In this document: positions 25,596 through 39,530 of the stretch, piece by piece
Numbering within the stretch: the first letter of the stretch is position 1
Layout: each line of letters begins with the position of its first letter
Assembly: GCA_011109175.1 (NCBI GenBank)
Contig: RDEW01000016.1
Location: 71,743-135,742, forward strand
Direction: 5' to 3'
Origin: Dicyema japonicum
Lineage: Eukaryota; Animalia; Dicyemida
Length of the DNA: 64,000 nucleotides
Translations under genes and position numbers: made by a program
Notes under the pieces: generated by a model
Databases searched by the model: none
What the model saw: only the letters and a program-made list of their open reading frames with translations
What the model was told of the DNA's origin: nothing

Positions 25596-26189
25596 ATATC
25601 CTCCGGAGAGGTTAAATCAACCTTAAAAAGATAAAGTCATTAGTGAATGGCATGTCACACTTACTGGATGACTTACACTTCTTTCATTCACAAAAAGATA
25701 ATTTTTCATCAGGTGGTTAGAGTCTCTCATAAAAGCTATTTCATAAAAACACACAAAAATGACTTAATTTACTGCCAATAAGTAAACTTTTAGATTTTAT
25801 GGTGGAGTGGGTCTAACACTTTCTGTGAAAAATAAAAACCGATCTGATAAATTTGGCAAAAATACTAAAATCACATGTAAATATCGCGCCTAATGGAGAA
25901 AATCGTATTCTGGAAAATTAAACACTATTTGCCCGACTGCCACTTTCAACATGGTTTCAAATGTGAAAGTTCAAATACGACACATTTGACTTTACTGGCT
26001 CAATTTTAATCAGAAGCGTTCAACGAACCAAACGCCATATACAGACAATATTGGTTTCTCTGGACATCCAGAAGGCGTTCGATTATTTCTCAAGAAAATT
26101 CCTCACAAAAAGGTTTTTGACACCCCCATTCACCCGGCTTTGAAATGATTGATAGCCAATTTTCTTTCCGGAAGAAAAGGACATGTCTG

Positions 26190-26660
26190 TATAGGCCATG
26201 CAAGATCGAGGTCCCGTCTTCTACCAAATGGCGTCCCTCAAGAATTGTCCCTCTCTCCGGCGCTACTTAATTTAATCCTAAACCATTTACTATGTCCTGC
26301 AGGACCAGATTAAATGCCTTTTACATGTGCTGACGATTTAATTATCTCTAGCAGGACAAACACGTGAAATAGCAAAATCAGAGCTTCAGTCACATATTGA
26401 TGACCTGGTTGTATTTGATGAATTGAGCATAAATGAAGACTCTTTACATTTACAGATTCATCCAACTATTCTGGGAGTGACATTAGACCCTTTGATAACA
26501 TTTTCTCAACATGTAAAGAACGTTATGACAAGGCGTGGACTACATTTACAGATTCATCCAACTATTCTGGGAGTGACATTAGACCCTTTGATAACATTTT
26601 CTCAACATGTAAAGAACGTTATGACAAAGCGTGGACGATGTGTATACTGGAAAAAATAGG
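26190..26660 (+). mobile_element. RT fragment of an Ingi/I-like LINE with an internal tandem duplication
   Basis: NGVPQ...LSP, CADD, and PTILGVTLDPLITFSQHVKNVMT present twice. Confidence 0.75.
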
Positions 26661-27699
26661 ATTTCCAAACACCGCCGATATTTTTAAGGATTTTTTGACA
26701 TTCTGCCATTCCATAGCGATCACGTACCTTTAGGATCTCAAAGGCTATTTCGAGATTTTTTATGGCGAACAGGTACCTCTTTTGCTTAGCCGGTTTTTGG
26801 TCAATCGATTGGTAAAGATTAAACTGGCTGTTAATTCATATTCCCATACTTTCTCGGTGAGTAAAATATTTCTGTTTTTTGTCGCATTATTGTATTTGGT
26901 TTGGTCCGTGACCAGGCGAAGCAGATTTGTTCCCAGGATGAGCATCCAACCACAAATTTCCCTCCTATACTGGGAATTGAAGAAGTCGTATTTGAAAAGG
27001 TTCATCTGATCTCAGTGATAAGGGTAACTGGATTCCAAGGGCAACGAACAACGTTATGAACGCATAAACTGAGAAATTCACACATAGTCTTATGGATCCC
27101 ACGGGCCCGTATTTTTACGTAAACAAGATCCGAACCTTAACGTTGGACCTCATCGAAAGCCACGATTTCACTTTTCTCGCTGAATTCAAGCGAAAGTACG
27201 GTAGGACAGTCGCTATAAATTAGTAAAGGGGTAACTTTGAGCACGAAATGAGCAAGGAAGTAAATTATCCCTCATCGACTAACATTGACAAAAATTCTAC
27301 GAAGTTCAAAATATTAACGAAAAATTAATTTTAATTGTAAAAATCATTTATTTTTATCTAATTAGACAAGTCTTTGCTATTTTATTGAATAACATTGCCA
27401 TCTTTGTTTTCCAATGTTACCATTTTAGTTGAAGAGATTGCTTTGACGTAATAGATACAGATACCTATATTTCATTCAGAGTAACTTTTCGAGTTTCATT
27501 CAGAGCATGCGGGCCATGTTTGACATTTCTGCTCTAGAAATTCTAAAATATTTTAAAAAATATTAGATTTGCATAAATTATTTAATTTTAATACATTCTG
27601 AAATATTGGAATTACTTTTAAAAGATTTTTGAACACACCTAACTAGAAAAGTTTCATAAGTACGATTTATAGGTCGGAGAGCTCGAACTACTGTGATCA

Positions 27700-28190
27700 G
27701 TTCGTCAATCTATACTGTGTTAGGCCCGGGTGAGTTTTTCTGTGTTGAGTCAAATTGAGCCGCAGGCTCCACTCCTGGTGGTGTTCATATGTCAATTCGT
27801 TTAAGTTTCAGCTTAGCAAAGCATACTGGCCCCAGAGTCCAAAGACTATGGTTTCCCAGAAGCAACCCACTAATATACTAATACTTATTAGCGAAGAACT
27901 NGTTCGTCAATCCATACTGTGTTAGGCCCGGGTGAGTTTTTCTGTGTTGAGACAAATTGAGCCGCAGGCTCCACTCCTGGTGGTGTCTATATGTGAATTC
28001 CTTTAAGTTTCAGCTTAGCAAAGCATACTGGCCCCAGAGCCCAAAGACTATGGTTTCCCAGAAGCAACCCACTAATATACTAATACTTATTAGCGAAGAA
28101 CTTGTTTGACGTTATCTTATCAACTTCGATTCTCTACTTTCGTTCTTGATTAGTGAAAACATCACTTTATCTCATCCAAGACATTCCTCT
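27700..28190 (-). rRNA. Degenerate 18S rRNA fragment (non-functional; includes an N-junction overlap)
   Basis: Minus strand contains caagaacgaaagt, ctgggaaacc, aagctgaaacttaaaggaatt and caccaccaggagtggagcctgcggctcaatttgtctcaacac, all close to conserved 18S blocks. Confidence 0.9.
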
Positions 28191-28574
28191 ATAAACCTGA
28201 ATGTAATGGAACACGTTTAGCCAATAAAATCAATGATCAATAATCATATAATTCCGTTCATAACCATATATCGTGATAAATTAGCATTTCAAACCAAACC
28301 ATAGCTACTTATTATTATCAGCATAGATCATTTTAGCAATCAGTTCGATACAATCACACCCAGCTATTACGACCACAATGAATGCAAATGAATTAAGTTT
28401 CAAACCGAAGATCTCGACTATTTGCGCAATATAAGTGGACTTGAAAAAGTTTTGACAATTTACTCTGAAAGATTGATAGCGAATCTCGTGAAAGTTCTGA
28501 GATCCTCAGGAGCAGCGTTGATTCCGTGAACGCCTCTGTATTGCACTTGAAATAGATGTGTTTTTAAGATTGTC

Positions 28575-28900
28575 CGATTTTGATACACCACCCAGAAATT
28601 AAGATTGTCCGGTTGTACTCATTTGGGATGGTCTAGTGACTTCACATGCATGGAAGTATGCAATATCTTTAAATAAACATGAAAGAACGTATGCATATGT
28701 TAAATCGCAAGTAATCAAGAAGACTTTGGAAAGTATGATAGTGTCATTTAGGAACGAAGTCGATGTTTCGCGGCGTTATGGTAAGCTTAATGAAGGTATA
28801 AAGAAAATTTACACTCGGTCTGATAATAAAGAAATTCAAAAGAAGAGTGTGAGCGAAATAAAGGACTGTGACAATTGGGTTTACTCCCATAGTTAATTGA
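28575..28900 (+). mobile_element. 3' end of a restriction-like endonuclease (R4/Dong-like) LINE
   Basis: IVxLYSFG/WDGLVTSHAWKY...YAYVKSQVIKKTLESM. Longer copies are at 33700-34350, 38250-39060 and 43440-43838. Confidence 0.7.
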
Positions 28901-29160
28901 AGAGAAAACGAATCGGATAGATACATTTAATTAGAATTAATCCTTTAAGATAAAATAAATTTTTTTGTTGTAAAAAAATAAAAAAGAATATTTGANAATT
29001 GGGTTTACTCCCATAGTTAATTGAAGAGAAAACGAATTGGATAGATAACATTTAATTAGAATTAATCTTTTAAGATAAAATAATTTTTTTTGTTGTAAAA
29101 AAATAAAAAAGAATATTTGATAATTACTCTTTTAAAATAAAATATAAACAATTAATTAAA

Positions 29161-30330
29161 ATGATTGGCCTGATTTTCTATACTTGCCCTTTATTTTTTA
29201 CTTACTTTATTTCGTCATCAATCCATTTCAAATATGAATCAATTAATGATTTCATCAAAGAGGATGAATATTATGAAATCCAATGGAATAATTTCATGGA
29301 AAAATATAGTCAAATTAATTTTCACTTTAGATAAATCATATTCAGGGTTGGAATACTATGTCAGAAAGGCTATTTTTACAGAACAGCTAAGATTTATTAA
29401 CAATCACAATTTGCTTTCAAAGCAAGGCATAGTTACTTATGATTTAGGAATAAATGAGTTTGCTGACATGGTTAAATTACATTATATTTTCGTAGACAAG
29501 AAATGAAATTATCAAACCCACCAAATTATCTGGTTCGTATATTTCTTATGAATCGTACGAAAATGAATTACTTGAAGATTATACAGTCCATTTAAATGAA
29601 ATGAGATATCCTTTAAATTTTGATTGGAGAAAGCGAAACTTTGTTACTAGAATTAAATCTCAGAGACATGGATGCGGCGCATGTTATTCATTTGGCGCTG
29701 TTAACGACTGTATAATGTATTTAGTTGGCTACGCTGGAGTCTCATTTGGCAATCAAACACAATATTCATGTATCCATGAGCGAACAAAACATTATTGACT
29801 GTTCAAAAAATCTTGGATGCAAAGGAGGAACTGCAGAACAAGTCTATAAATACGTAATGAAAAACGGAGGAATTAATTCTGAAAAGCGATATCCATATAC
29901 GGCTAAGGTATTTTTGCAAATAATTACATAGGAGGGTAAATGCAAGTATGAGGGAAAACCGAATATTAGATTTAATTTGATTGGTTATAAAAGAATTAAA
30001 AATGGTGATGAAAAAATGCTTATGCATGTTCTCGTGAAGGTCGGTCCTGTTACTGTTGATTTTTATTCTACCTCCCGATTCTTTCATGTTTATCATCGAG
30101 GTAAATATAAATGAAACATTTAAGGAATATTCAATATCAAAAATTGTTCAAATTTTAGAACTACTCATGTAATGTCTGTTGTCGGTTATGGAATTTTGAA
30201 GGGGGGAAAGTATTGGCTTATAAAAAATGGATGGGGAAAAAAATGGGGAATTCATGGATACTTGAAACTGGAACGCGGAAAGAATAACTGCAACTTTCCT
30301 ACACATGGTATTTATCCTATAATCAAATAA
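29161..30330 (+). CDS. Cathepsin L-like papain-family (C1A) cysteine protease, copy 1
   Basis: Six exons with introns of 22, 25, 25, 24 and 24 nt. Hydrophobic N-terminus, ERFNIN-like and GINEFADM prodomain, [20 protein letters not shown] and YWLIKNGWG. Open frame throughout. Confidence 0.95.
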
Positions 30331-32234
30331 TTTGACCTTCAAATTAGTTTACTTATGGGTTTAAGTAATTAAATGGTTTAAATAATTAATTGAGATACTC
30401 ATGATTTTATTTAATAATTTAATGAGTGCTCTTACCAGCTTAAATCATGAAAAGTCCGTCTCAATTTTCAGATGAACTGGGTGTTAGTATCACGTATGTG
30501 CTCCAACGTCACCTAAAAAAGGTGGCTTGGTATGGTATTTAAATGAAATAATCAAACGATGGTCGTAAAGTAGCCGCCTTCACTGCATAGCTATTCCTCA
30601 CAAATGGCTGTGAGAATCATTCAAATAGCGAAAAGCTTTAATGTAAATCTCCTGGTATGTAAATATCAGATTCCCCATAATCCCTGGAATTAAAACGACA
30701 AAGGTGCGATGGAATCAAATGTTTTAACTGCAAGTGGAACAAAAAAAACATCCTCAGGTAGGACTTCGTATTTATCTATCGGCCTTAGAAGCACTTTTGT
30801 GTCGGTTCCATAGGAGGTATATGTCGGTAAAGGTGTTCTCCACACAAGAGGTTTACTGGATGATGTAAATATTCCTTCTACCCATTCACCTANCATAATC
30901 CCTGGAATTAAAACGACAAAGGTGCGATGGAATCGGATGTTTTAACTGCAAGTGGAACAAAAAAAACATCCTCGGGTAGGACTTCGTATTTATCTATCGG
31001 CCTTAGAAGCACTTTTGTGTCGGTTCCATAGGAGGTATATGTCGGTAAAGGTGTTCTCCCAGACAAGAGGTTTACTGGATGATGTAAATATCCCTTCTAC
31101 CCATTCACTAAAATAATAAGTCACGTGATACACAAAAACTTATTTCGGGGAAAAGAGACACGAGCTTTTTCTTTCCGAACCTTTTATAAGAAAAATATTT
31201 TTATAAAGAATAATCAAAAATAAAGAAACTTGATCACATATGTTGAACCAAACATAGCAATGATTTTTGTCGCAAACTTTTTAAAGTTTTTAAACTTTCC
31301 TTCTTTCCGAACCTTTTATAAGAAAAATATTTTTATAAAGAACAACCAAAAATAAAGAAACTTAATCACATATGTCGAACCAAACATAGCAATGATTTTT
31401 GTCGCAAACTTTTTAAAGTTTTTAAACTTTCCAGGAATTTATGAAAAGAAAGTAAGGTATCACAACCTCCAAATATTTAGCTTTAAGTATAGAATCTGCA
31501 ACTAAAACGATGGACATACGATAATAGGCGATATTGTGAGAACGTGAACAGAAAAGCAGTAAGGTCAAAGTCGGCACCTAAAATTTGTCCAAAATCAAAA
31601 AGTCCCATCAATAAATCAGAGAAGGTATATACGGAAATATCGGAGATTATGTTTCGACTAAACTATTTGAGATCAAATGCACAGGTATGTTTAATAGAGA
31701 TGGTGACGTTGGCTATGAAAAAGCAAAATACGCACGTTCCGGAATTTGTTCACCTACTTCTAGTAAACCCAATATGAAGTGTGAAAAATTATATTTATTA
31801 CATGTTATTTCTAGGCGAGTTATCCATCATCGACTAACATTGACAAAAATTCTAAGAAGTTCAAAATATTAAGAAAAAATTAATTTAAATCGTAAAAATC
31901 ATTTATATTTATCTAATTAGACAAGTCTCTGCTATTTTATTGAATAACATTACCATCTTTGTTTTTCAATATTACCATTTCGGTTGGAAGAGATTGCTTT
32001 GACGTATTAGATACAGATATCTATATTTCATTCAGTGTAAATTATCGAGTTTCATTCAGAGCATGTTTGACATTTCTGACCTAGAAATTCTAAAATATTT
32101 TAAAAAATATTTTATTTGCATAAATTTTTTTTAAATTTAATACATTCTGATTTATTGGAATAACTTTTAGCGGATTATTGAAAACAACTTTGTAGAAAAG
32201 TTTCATAAGTACGATTTATAGGTCAGAGAGCCCA

Positions 32235-33010
32235 AACGATTATGATCAGTTCGTTAATCCACAATGTGTTATGCCAGAATGAGTTTTTCTGTGTTGAGTC
32301 AAATTGAGACACTGGCTCCACTCCTGGCGGTGTCCATATGTCAATTCGTTTAAGTTTCAGCTTAGCAAANATATTGTAATTACTTTTAACGGATTATTCA
32401 ACACACCTACGTAGAAAAGTTTCATAAGTACGATTTATAGGTCGGAGAGCTCGAACTACTGTGATCAGTTCTTCAATCCATAATGTGTTAGGGCTGGATG
32501 AGTTTTTCTGTGTTGAGTCAAATTGAGCCGCAGGCTCTACTCCTGGTGGTGTCCATATGTCAATTCGTTTAAGTTTCAGCTTAGCAAAGCATACTGGCCC
32601 CAGAGACCAAAGACTTTGGTTTCCCAGAAGCAACCCACTAATGTACTAATACTTATTAGCGAAGAACTNCGATTTATAGGTCAGAGAGCTCAAACTATTA
32701 TGATCAGTTCGTCAATCCACAATGTTTTCTGCCAGAATGAGTTTTTCTGTTTTGAGTCAAATTGAGACACTGGCTCCACTCCTGGTGGTGTCTATATGTG
32801 AATTCCTTTAAGATCCTGCTTAGCAAAGCATACTGGCCCCGGAGCCCAAAGACAATGGTTTCCCGGAAGCAACCCACTAATATACTAATACTTATTAGCG
32901 AAGAACTTGTTTGACGTTGATGTTTAAAATACGACGTTATCTTATCAACTTCGATTCTCTACTTTCGCTCTTGATTAATGAAAACATCACTTTATCTTAT
33001 CCAAGACATT
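32235..33010 (-). rRNA. Degenerate 18S rRNA fragment(s), array unit 2 (three overlapping versions across single-N junctions)
   Basis: Minus strand gatgttttcattaatcaagagcgaaagt...caccaccaggagtggagcc. Confidence 0.9.
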
Positions 33011-33699
33011 CCATTATGAACCTGAAAATAATGGAACACGTTTAGTCAATAAAATCAATGATCAATAATCATATAATTCCGTTCATAACCATATATCGTG
33101 ATAAATTAGCATTTTAAACCAAACCATAGCTACTTATTATTATCAACCTAGCAATCACTTCGATTCAATGACACCCATCTAACACGACCACAGAGAATGC
33201 AAATGGATTAAGATTCAACCAAAGATCTCAACTATTTGCGCAATTTAAGTGGACTTGAATAAGTTTTGTCAATTCACTCTGAGAGATTGATAGCGAATCT
33301 CGTCAAGGATCTAAGATTTTCAAAAGCGGCTTTGATTCCGAGGACGCCTCTGTATTGCACTTGAAATAAATGTTTCTTTTCAATGCCGGCTAGGATAGGG
33401 CGTCTCCTGAGTAATGTTAATACTATGACGTCACCAGAGGGTGAAATCTTCAATCAGGTTGCCATATGGCTCATTAGTTACGTCGATTCTGCGACGTCTT
33501 TGTATTACTGGTTTCTGACTTTATTTTTCTTAGACGTCTTATTTTCGTTTGGTCTCCATTATGGTCTCCAAATACGAGAATAAAAACAAACTAACTAATT
33601 CCGTAATCCATCCGTAAACCCTCATCTAAGAACATTTATCCTCTTTTGGTGATATGAATATATAGAACCTTTTGAGTAAGGTGGGTTTGACACGAGACG

Positions 33700-34350
33700 T
33701 GGAAGAAATTTCAATTCAAATAGCCATATGTTAAAAAAATTGGAAGACATAATGAAGTCGTAAGGTGTAACAATTTACACTTTTGCAGAGAGTTTGGTCT
33801 CAAAAACGAAAAGAAACTGTTGACTTATTAAGTGCAATCCATTGTAATGAATGACTCAGTTAACACCATTATCAAAACGGACATAATTATTGAGCATAAC
33901 AAGCCAGACCTGTTCATTTATGATAAAAGGAGAAACAATATTATCTTGATCTAAGTGAGAATGACAATTTCCCAAAATCTACAGCAAGTGGAATGCAAAA
34001 AGCTGAGAAAGTATAACGTTCTTTCCTAAGAGCTTAAGTTGATACACTACCCAGAGGTTAAGATTGTCCGGTTGTACTCATTTGGGATGTTCTAGTGTCT
34101 TCACATTTGTAGAAGTATGCCATATCGTTAAATAAACATAAAAGAACGTATGCATATGTTAAATCGCAAGTAATCAAGAAGACTTAGGAAAGTATGATAG
34201 TGTCATTTAGGTACGAAGTCGATGTTTCGCGGCGTTATGATAATCTTAATGAGGGAATAAAGAAAATTTACTCTCGGTCTGATAATGAAGAAATTCAAGA
34301 GAAGAGTGTGAGCGAAATAAAAAACTGTGACAATTGGGTTTACTCCCATA
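33700..34350 (+). mobile_element. RLE-type LINE endonuclease region
   Basis: HNEVVRC...IIEHNKPDLFIYDKRRNNIILI..(PD-(D/E)xK nuclease)...KKLRKY, with stops. Confidence 0.8.
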
Positions 34351-34495
34351 GTTAATTGAAGAGAAAACGAATTGGATAGATAACATTTAATTAGAATTAA
34401 TCTTTTAAGATAAAATAAATTTTTTTGTTGTAAAAAAAATAAAAAAGAATATTTGATAATTACTCTTTTAAATAAAATATACATAATTAATTAAA

Positions 34496-35908
34496 ATGAT
34501 TGGCCTGATTTTCTATACTTGCCCTTTATTTTTTACTTACTTTATTTCGTCATCAATCCATTTCAAATATGAAACAATCAACGATTTCATCAAAGAGGAT
34601 GAATATTATGAAATCCAATGGAATAATTTCATGGAAAAATATAGTCAAATTAATTTTCACTTTAGATAAATCATATTCAGGGTTGGAATTCTATGTCAGA
34701 AAGGCTATTTTTACAGAACAGCTAAGGTTTATTAACAATCACAATTTGCTTTCAAAGCAAGGCATAGTTACTTTTGATTTAGGAATTAATGAGTTTACCG
34801 ACATGGTTAAATTACATTATATTTTCGTAGACAAGAAATGAAATTATCAAACCCACCAAATTATCTGGTTCGTATATTTCTTATGAATCGTACGAAAATG
34901 AATTACTTGAAGATTACACAGTCCATTTAAATGAAATGAGATATCCTTTAAATTTTGATTGGAGAAAGCGAAACTTTGTAACTAGAATAAAATCTCAGAG
35001 ACATGGATGCGGCGCATGTTATTCATTTGGCGCTGTTAACGACTGTATAATGTATTTAGTTGGCTACGCTGGAGTCTCATTTGGCAATCAAACACAATAT
35101 TCATGTATCCATGAGCGAACAAAACATCATTGACTGTGCAAAAGATCATGTATGCAAAGGAGGAACTGCAGAACAAGTCTATAAATACGTAATGAAAAAC
35201 GGAGGAATTAATTCTGAAAAACGATATCCATATACGGCTAAGGTATTTTTGCAAATAATTATATAGGAGGGTAAATGCAAGTATGAAGGAAAACCGAATA
35301 TTAAATTTAATTTGATTGGTTATAGAAAAATTAAAAATGGTGATGAAAAAATGCTTATGCATGTTCTCGTGAAGGTCGGTCCTGTTACTGTTAATTTTTA
35401 TTCTACCTCCCGATTCTTTCAAGTTTATCATCGATGTAAATATAAATGAAACATTTAAGGAATATTCAATATCAAAAATTGTTCANTATTTTTGCAAATA
35501 ATTATATAGGAAGGTAAATGCAAGTATGAAGGAAAACCGAATATTAAATTTAATTTGATTGGTTATAGAAAAATTAAAAATGGTGATGAAAAAATGCTTA
35601 TGCATGTTCTCGTGAAGGTCGGTCCTGTTACTGTTAATTTTTATTCTACCTCCCGATTCTTTCAAGTTTATCATCGAGGTAAATATAAGTGAATCGTTTA
35701 AGGAATATTCAATATCAAAAATTGTTCCTATTTTAGAACTACTCATGTAATGTCTGTTGTCGGTTATGGAATTTTGAAGGGGGGAAAGTATTGGCTTATA
35801 AAAAATGGATGGGGAAAAAAATGGGGAAGTCATGGATACTTGAAACTGGAACGCGGAAAGAATAACTGCAACTTTCCTACACATGGTATTTATCCTATAA
35901 TCAAGTAA
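34496..35908 (+). CDS. Cathepsin L-like protease, copy 2 (contains an N-junction overlap at 35486)
   Basis: Same exon structure as copy 1, with DCAKDHVCKGG in place of [11 protein letters not shown]. May be a chimera of two alleles or copies. Confidence 0.85.
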
Positions 35909-37413
35909 TTTGACCTTCAAATTAGTTTAATTTTGGGTTTAAGTAATTAAATGGTTTAAATAATTTATTGAGTTACTCATGATTTTATTTAATAATTTAA
36001 TTAGTGCTCTTACCAGCTTAAATCATGAAAAAGTCCATCTCAACTTTCAGATGAACTTGGTATAAGTATCACGTAGGTGGTCTAACGTCAGCTAAAAAAG
36101 GTGGCTTTTTATGGTATTTAAAAGAAAAAATCAATCGATTGTTGTAAAGCAGCCTCCCTCATTTCATAGCTATTCATTCACAAAATGTCTGCAAGAATCA
36201 TTCAAATAGCGAAAAGTTTTCATGGAAATCTCTTGGTATGTAAAGATCAAATTCCCCAGTATCTTAGGAATTAAAAAGTCAAAGTTACGATGGAAGTGAA
36301 TGTTTGAATTGCGAGTAGAACAAAAAAAACATCATCGGGTAGGAATTCGCTTTGATCTCTCGGCCTTAGGAGCACTTTTGTGTAGGTTCCATAAGACGTA
36401 TATGTCAGTAAAGGTGTTCTCCTAAACAAGATGTTTAATGGATGATGTATATATCCCTTCTACCAATTCACTAAAATAATATGTCACGTGATACACAAAA
36501 ACTTATTTCGGGGAAAAGAGACACGAGCATTTTCTTTCTGAACCTTTTATACGAAAAATAATTTTTAAAGAATAACCAAAAATAAAGAAACTTAATCACA
36601 CATGTCGAACCAAACATAGCAATGATTTTTGTCGCAAACTTTTTAACGTTTTTAAACTTTCCAGGAATTTATTAAAAGAAAGTAGGTATCCGACCTACAA
36701 ATATTTAGCTTTAAGTATAGAATCTGCAACTAAAACGATGGACATACGATAATAGGCGATATTGTCAGAACTTGAACAGCAAAGCAGTAACGTCAAAGTC
36801 GGTACCTAAAATTTGTCAAAAATCCAAAAGTCCCATCAATCTATCAGAGAATGTATACACGGAAATATCGGAGACTCGACTAAACTATTTGAGATCAAAT
36901 GCACAGGTATGTTTTATAGAGATAATGACGTTGGCTATGAAAAAGCAAAATACGCACGTTCCGGAATTTGTTCACCTACTTCTAGTAAAACCAATATGAA
37001 GTGTGAAAAATTATATTTATTACANTTGTCCAAAATCCAAAAGTCCCATCAATATATCAGAGAAGGTATACACGGAAATATCGGAGACTCGACTAAACTA
37101 TTTGAGATCAATTGCACACGTGGGTTTAAGGAGATGGTGACGTTGGCTATGAAAAAGCAAAATAAGCACATTTCGGAATTTGTTCACCTACTTCTAGTAA
37201 AACCAATATGAAGTGTGAAAAATTATATTTATTACCTGTTATTTCTAGGCGAGTTCTCACTCATCGACTAACATTGACAAAAATTTAAAAAATTCAAAAT
37301 ATTAACGAAAATTAATTTAATTGTAAAAAATCTTTTATTTTTATCTAATTAGACAAGTCTTTGCTATTTTATTGAATAACATTGCCATCTTTGTTTTTCA
37401 ATATTACCATTTC

Positions 37414-38037
37414 NNNNNNNNNNNNNNNNNNNNNNNNNNNNNNNNNNNNNNNNNNNNNNNNNNNNNNNNNNNNNNNNNNNNNNNNNNNNNNNNNNNNNNN
37501 NNNNNNNNNNNNNNNNNNNNNNNNNNNNNNNNNNNNNNNNNNNNNNNNNNNNNNNNNNNNNNNNNNNNNNNNNNNNNNNNNNNNNNNNNNNNNNNNNNNN
37601 NNNNNNNNNNNNNNNNNNNNNNNNNNNNNNNNNNNNNNNNNNNNNNNNNNNNNNNNNNNNNNNNNNNNNNNNNNNNNNNNNNNNNNNNNNNNNNNNNNNN
37701 NNNNNNNNNNNNNNNNNNNNNNNNNNNNNNNNNNNNNNNNNNNNNNNNNNNNNNNNNNNNNNNNNNNNNNNNNNNNNNNNNNNNNNNNNNNNNNNNNNNN
37801 NNNNNNNNNNNNNNNNNNNNNNNNNNNNNNNNNNNNNNNNNNNNNNNNNNNNNNNNNNNNNNNNNNNNNNNNNNNNNNNNNNNNNNNNNNNNNNNNNNNN
37901 NNNNNNNNNNNNNNNNNNNNNNNNNNNNNNNNNNNNNNNNNNNNNNNNNNNNNNNNNNNNNNNNNNNNNNNNNNNNNNNNNNNNNNNNNNNNNNNNNNNN
38001 NNNNNNNNNNNNNNNNNNNNNNNNNNNNNNNNNNNNN
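37414..38037. other. Assembly gap (other gaps at ~19289-19337 and 43839-44593)
   Basis: Runs of N. Confidence 1.
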
Positions 38038-39530
38038 TAGCCACATGGCTCGGTAGTTACGTCGTTTATTTGACGTCTTTGTATTCGTGGATTCTGACCT
38101 TATCTTTCTTAGACGTCTTATTTTCGTTTGGTCTCCATTATGGTCTCCAAATGCGAGAATATAGCAAAACTTACTAATTCCGTAGTCCAGACATGTGCCG
38201 TAAACCCTTATCTAAGTACATTTATCTTTTCATGGTAGTATGAAAAGATAGAATGTGTTGAGTTTAGGTGGATCTGCCATTAGATTTTAAAGAACTTTCT
38301 AATCAAATAGCCATATGTTTGCACACAACACCACGAAGCTATTATCATGGTTATTTATTATTTATTAAACAAACCAAGACCACTGTGAAAACATAACTAT
38401 CTTGTTATCCCATGCATTACATTATTATTTTTTTTTATAAATTTAATTTTATAATTATAAAAAAATGTTGCATCGGGATTATGTTAAAAGACATAAGAAG
38501 TCGTGAGGTGTTCACATTTCCACTTTTGCAAAGAGTTTGTTCTCAAAAACGAGAAGAAACTGAAAACTCATTCAGTGCANAAGACCACTGTGAAAACCAA
38601 ACTATCACGTTATCCCATGCATTACATTATTATTTTTTTTATAAATTTAATTTTATAATTGTAAAAAAATGTTGCATGGGGATTATGTTAAAAGACATAA
38701 GAAATCTTGAGGTGTTCACATTTACACTTTTGCAAAGAGTTTGTTCTCAAAAACGAGAAGAAACTGAAAACTCACTAGTGCAATCCATTTAAATGATTGA
38801 CTCAGTTGACACTTTATCAAATTGGATATAATTATTGAGCATAACAAGACAAACCTGTTCATTTATAATAACTGGAGAAACAATATTATCTTGGTCTAAG
38901 TGACAATAACATCTTCCCAAAATCTACAGCAGGTGGAATGCAAAAAGCTAAGGAAGTATGACGTTCTTTCCTAAGAGCTTGAGTTGATACATTACCCAAA
39001 GGTCATGATTGACCCGATTGTACTCATTTGAGATGGTTTAGTGACTTCACATTCGTGGACCATTACCAGCTAAAAAAGTTGGCTTTTATGGTATTTAAAA
39101 GAAAAAATCAAACGATGGTCGTAAAGCAGTCGCCCACACTGCATAGTTAATCCCTCACAAAATGGCTGCGAGAATCATTCAAATAGCGAAAAGCTTTCAT
39201 GGAAATCTCCTGGTATGTAAATATCATATTCCTCAGAATCACTGGAATTAAAAAGTCAAAGGTACGATGGAATCTGATGTTTTAACTGCAAGTGGAACAA
39301 AAAAAACATCCTCGGGTAGGACTTTGTTTTCAAGAGAAAAGTGTGAGCGAAGAAAAAGAGTGTACAATTGTGTATACTCCCATTGTTACTTGATGAGGAA
39401 ACGAATTGGATAGATAACATTTTAATTAGAATTAATTTTTTTGATAAAATAAATTTTTTTGTTGTAAAAAAAATTAAAATAATATATTTGATAATTACTT
39501 TTTTAAATAAAATATACATAATTAATTAAA

